A DNA stretch of 47,551 bases from Bacteroidota bacterium (GTDB lineage Bacteria > Bacteroidota > Bacteroidia > Bacteroidales > FEN-979). The notes beneath the pieces are model-generated. The model was not told the origin of the DNA. It searched no databases and saw only the letters and a program-made list of their open reading frames with translations. The first letter of the stretch is position 1. Each line of letters starts with the position of its first letter. Positions 47,170-47,551 of this stretch are shown here, one piece after another. Where the stretch lies: NCBI GenBank assembly GCA_037139855.1, contig JBAXFM010000003.1, forward strand, positions 1 to 47,551. The letters are read 5' to 3'. A program made the position numbers and the translations under genes.

Positions 47170-47551
47170 GTGAAAAAATATTCAAAACGTCAGTTTTTCC
47201 AATCAGGCCTTACCGACCTTGGAGCTTTATTTTCAGGACTAAACCCGGTGAGCGGATTGGCAAAATCGATTGTCGGAATGGGCAAAGGCAGCATGCCAGG
47301 ATCAGGAGTTGCAGGGAAATTTACCAGGGAATCACCCTATGCTGAAATGACCCCGAGAGGAACCAAATGCGGGATTTGTCCAAACAACTGCATCCTGCGT
47401 GAAGGGATGACCAGTATTTGCAAAACCCATGAGGTGAAAGATGGTAAACTTTACACCATTGCTTATGGAAATCCTTGTTCTACGCATGTCGATCCCATTG
47501 AAAAGAAACCGTTTTTTCATTTTTTGCCTGCATCCTCCAGCTTTTCGATTG
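47170..47551 (+). CDS. amrS: AmmeMemoRadiSam radical SAM enzyme, N-terminal part (runs off window; absent from ORF track)
   Basis: Manual translation: (V/M)KKYSKRQFFQSGL...KCGICPNNCILREGMTSICK...YGNPCSTHVDPIEKKPFFHFLP. Confidence 0.88.
   Translation, partial: MKKYSKRQFFQSGLTDLGALFSGLNPVSGLAKSIVGMGKGSMPGSGVAGKFTRESPYAEMTPRGTKCGICPNNCILREGMTSICKTHEVKDGKLYTIAYGNPCSTHVDPIEKKPFFHFLPASSSFSI

Noticed and set aside
24-47520. The many 60-170 aa ORFs antisense to or nested in the long genes
   Set aside because: They are shadows of well-supported CDSs and have no recognisable motifs.

Overview
This 47.5 kb window looks like a Bacteroidota (Bacteroidales-like) chromosome, judged from TAnnTTTG promoter boxes, T9SS-type C-termini and Reg_prop/Y_Y_Y sensors. 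In order it holds: (1) the 3' end of a topoisomerase IV/gyrase A subunit; (2) an ~11 kb signalling locus; (3) a lipoprotein and a KimA-like K+ transporter / small membrane protein / KdpD-like / KdpE-like operon with a KdpE-type box, where the kinase has an in-frame amber stop; (4) tsaD, tamB, a T9SS cargo protein, addA, an amgK-rapZ fusion, murU and an OYE flavin reductase; (5) four secreted paralogues with a shared N-terminal module and different tips (FISUMP x2, DUF1566, repeat fibre pseudogene), some with DGR variable-region-like ends, followed by an M6 protease with a broken C-terminus; (6) addB and an AmmeMemoRadiSam locus split by an AAA-ATPase remnant. The strongest candidate for an undescribed system is the signalling locus. 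Four tandem sensor proteins (PAS/GAF, 5TM-LytS, beta-propeller) have no kinase, cyclase or other output domain, and all end in the same ~40-aa tail (ELExFNxLMIGRELKMIELKKEINxLL...EKY). They are followed by an atypical orphan CheR, one histidine kinase with a degenerate receiver and an ATLNLMEDL coiled coil, a single-domain response regulator and a flavodiiron protein. All family assignments are by-eye motif recognition, and no searches were run.
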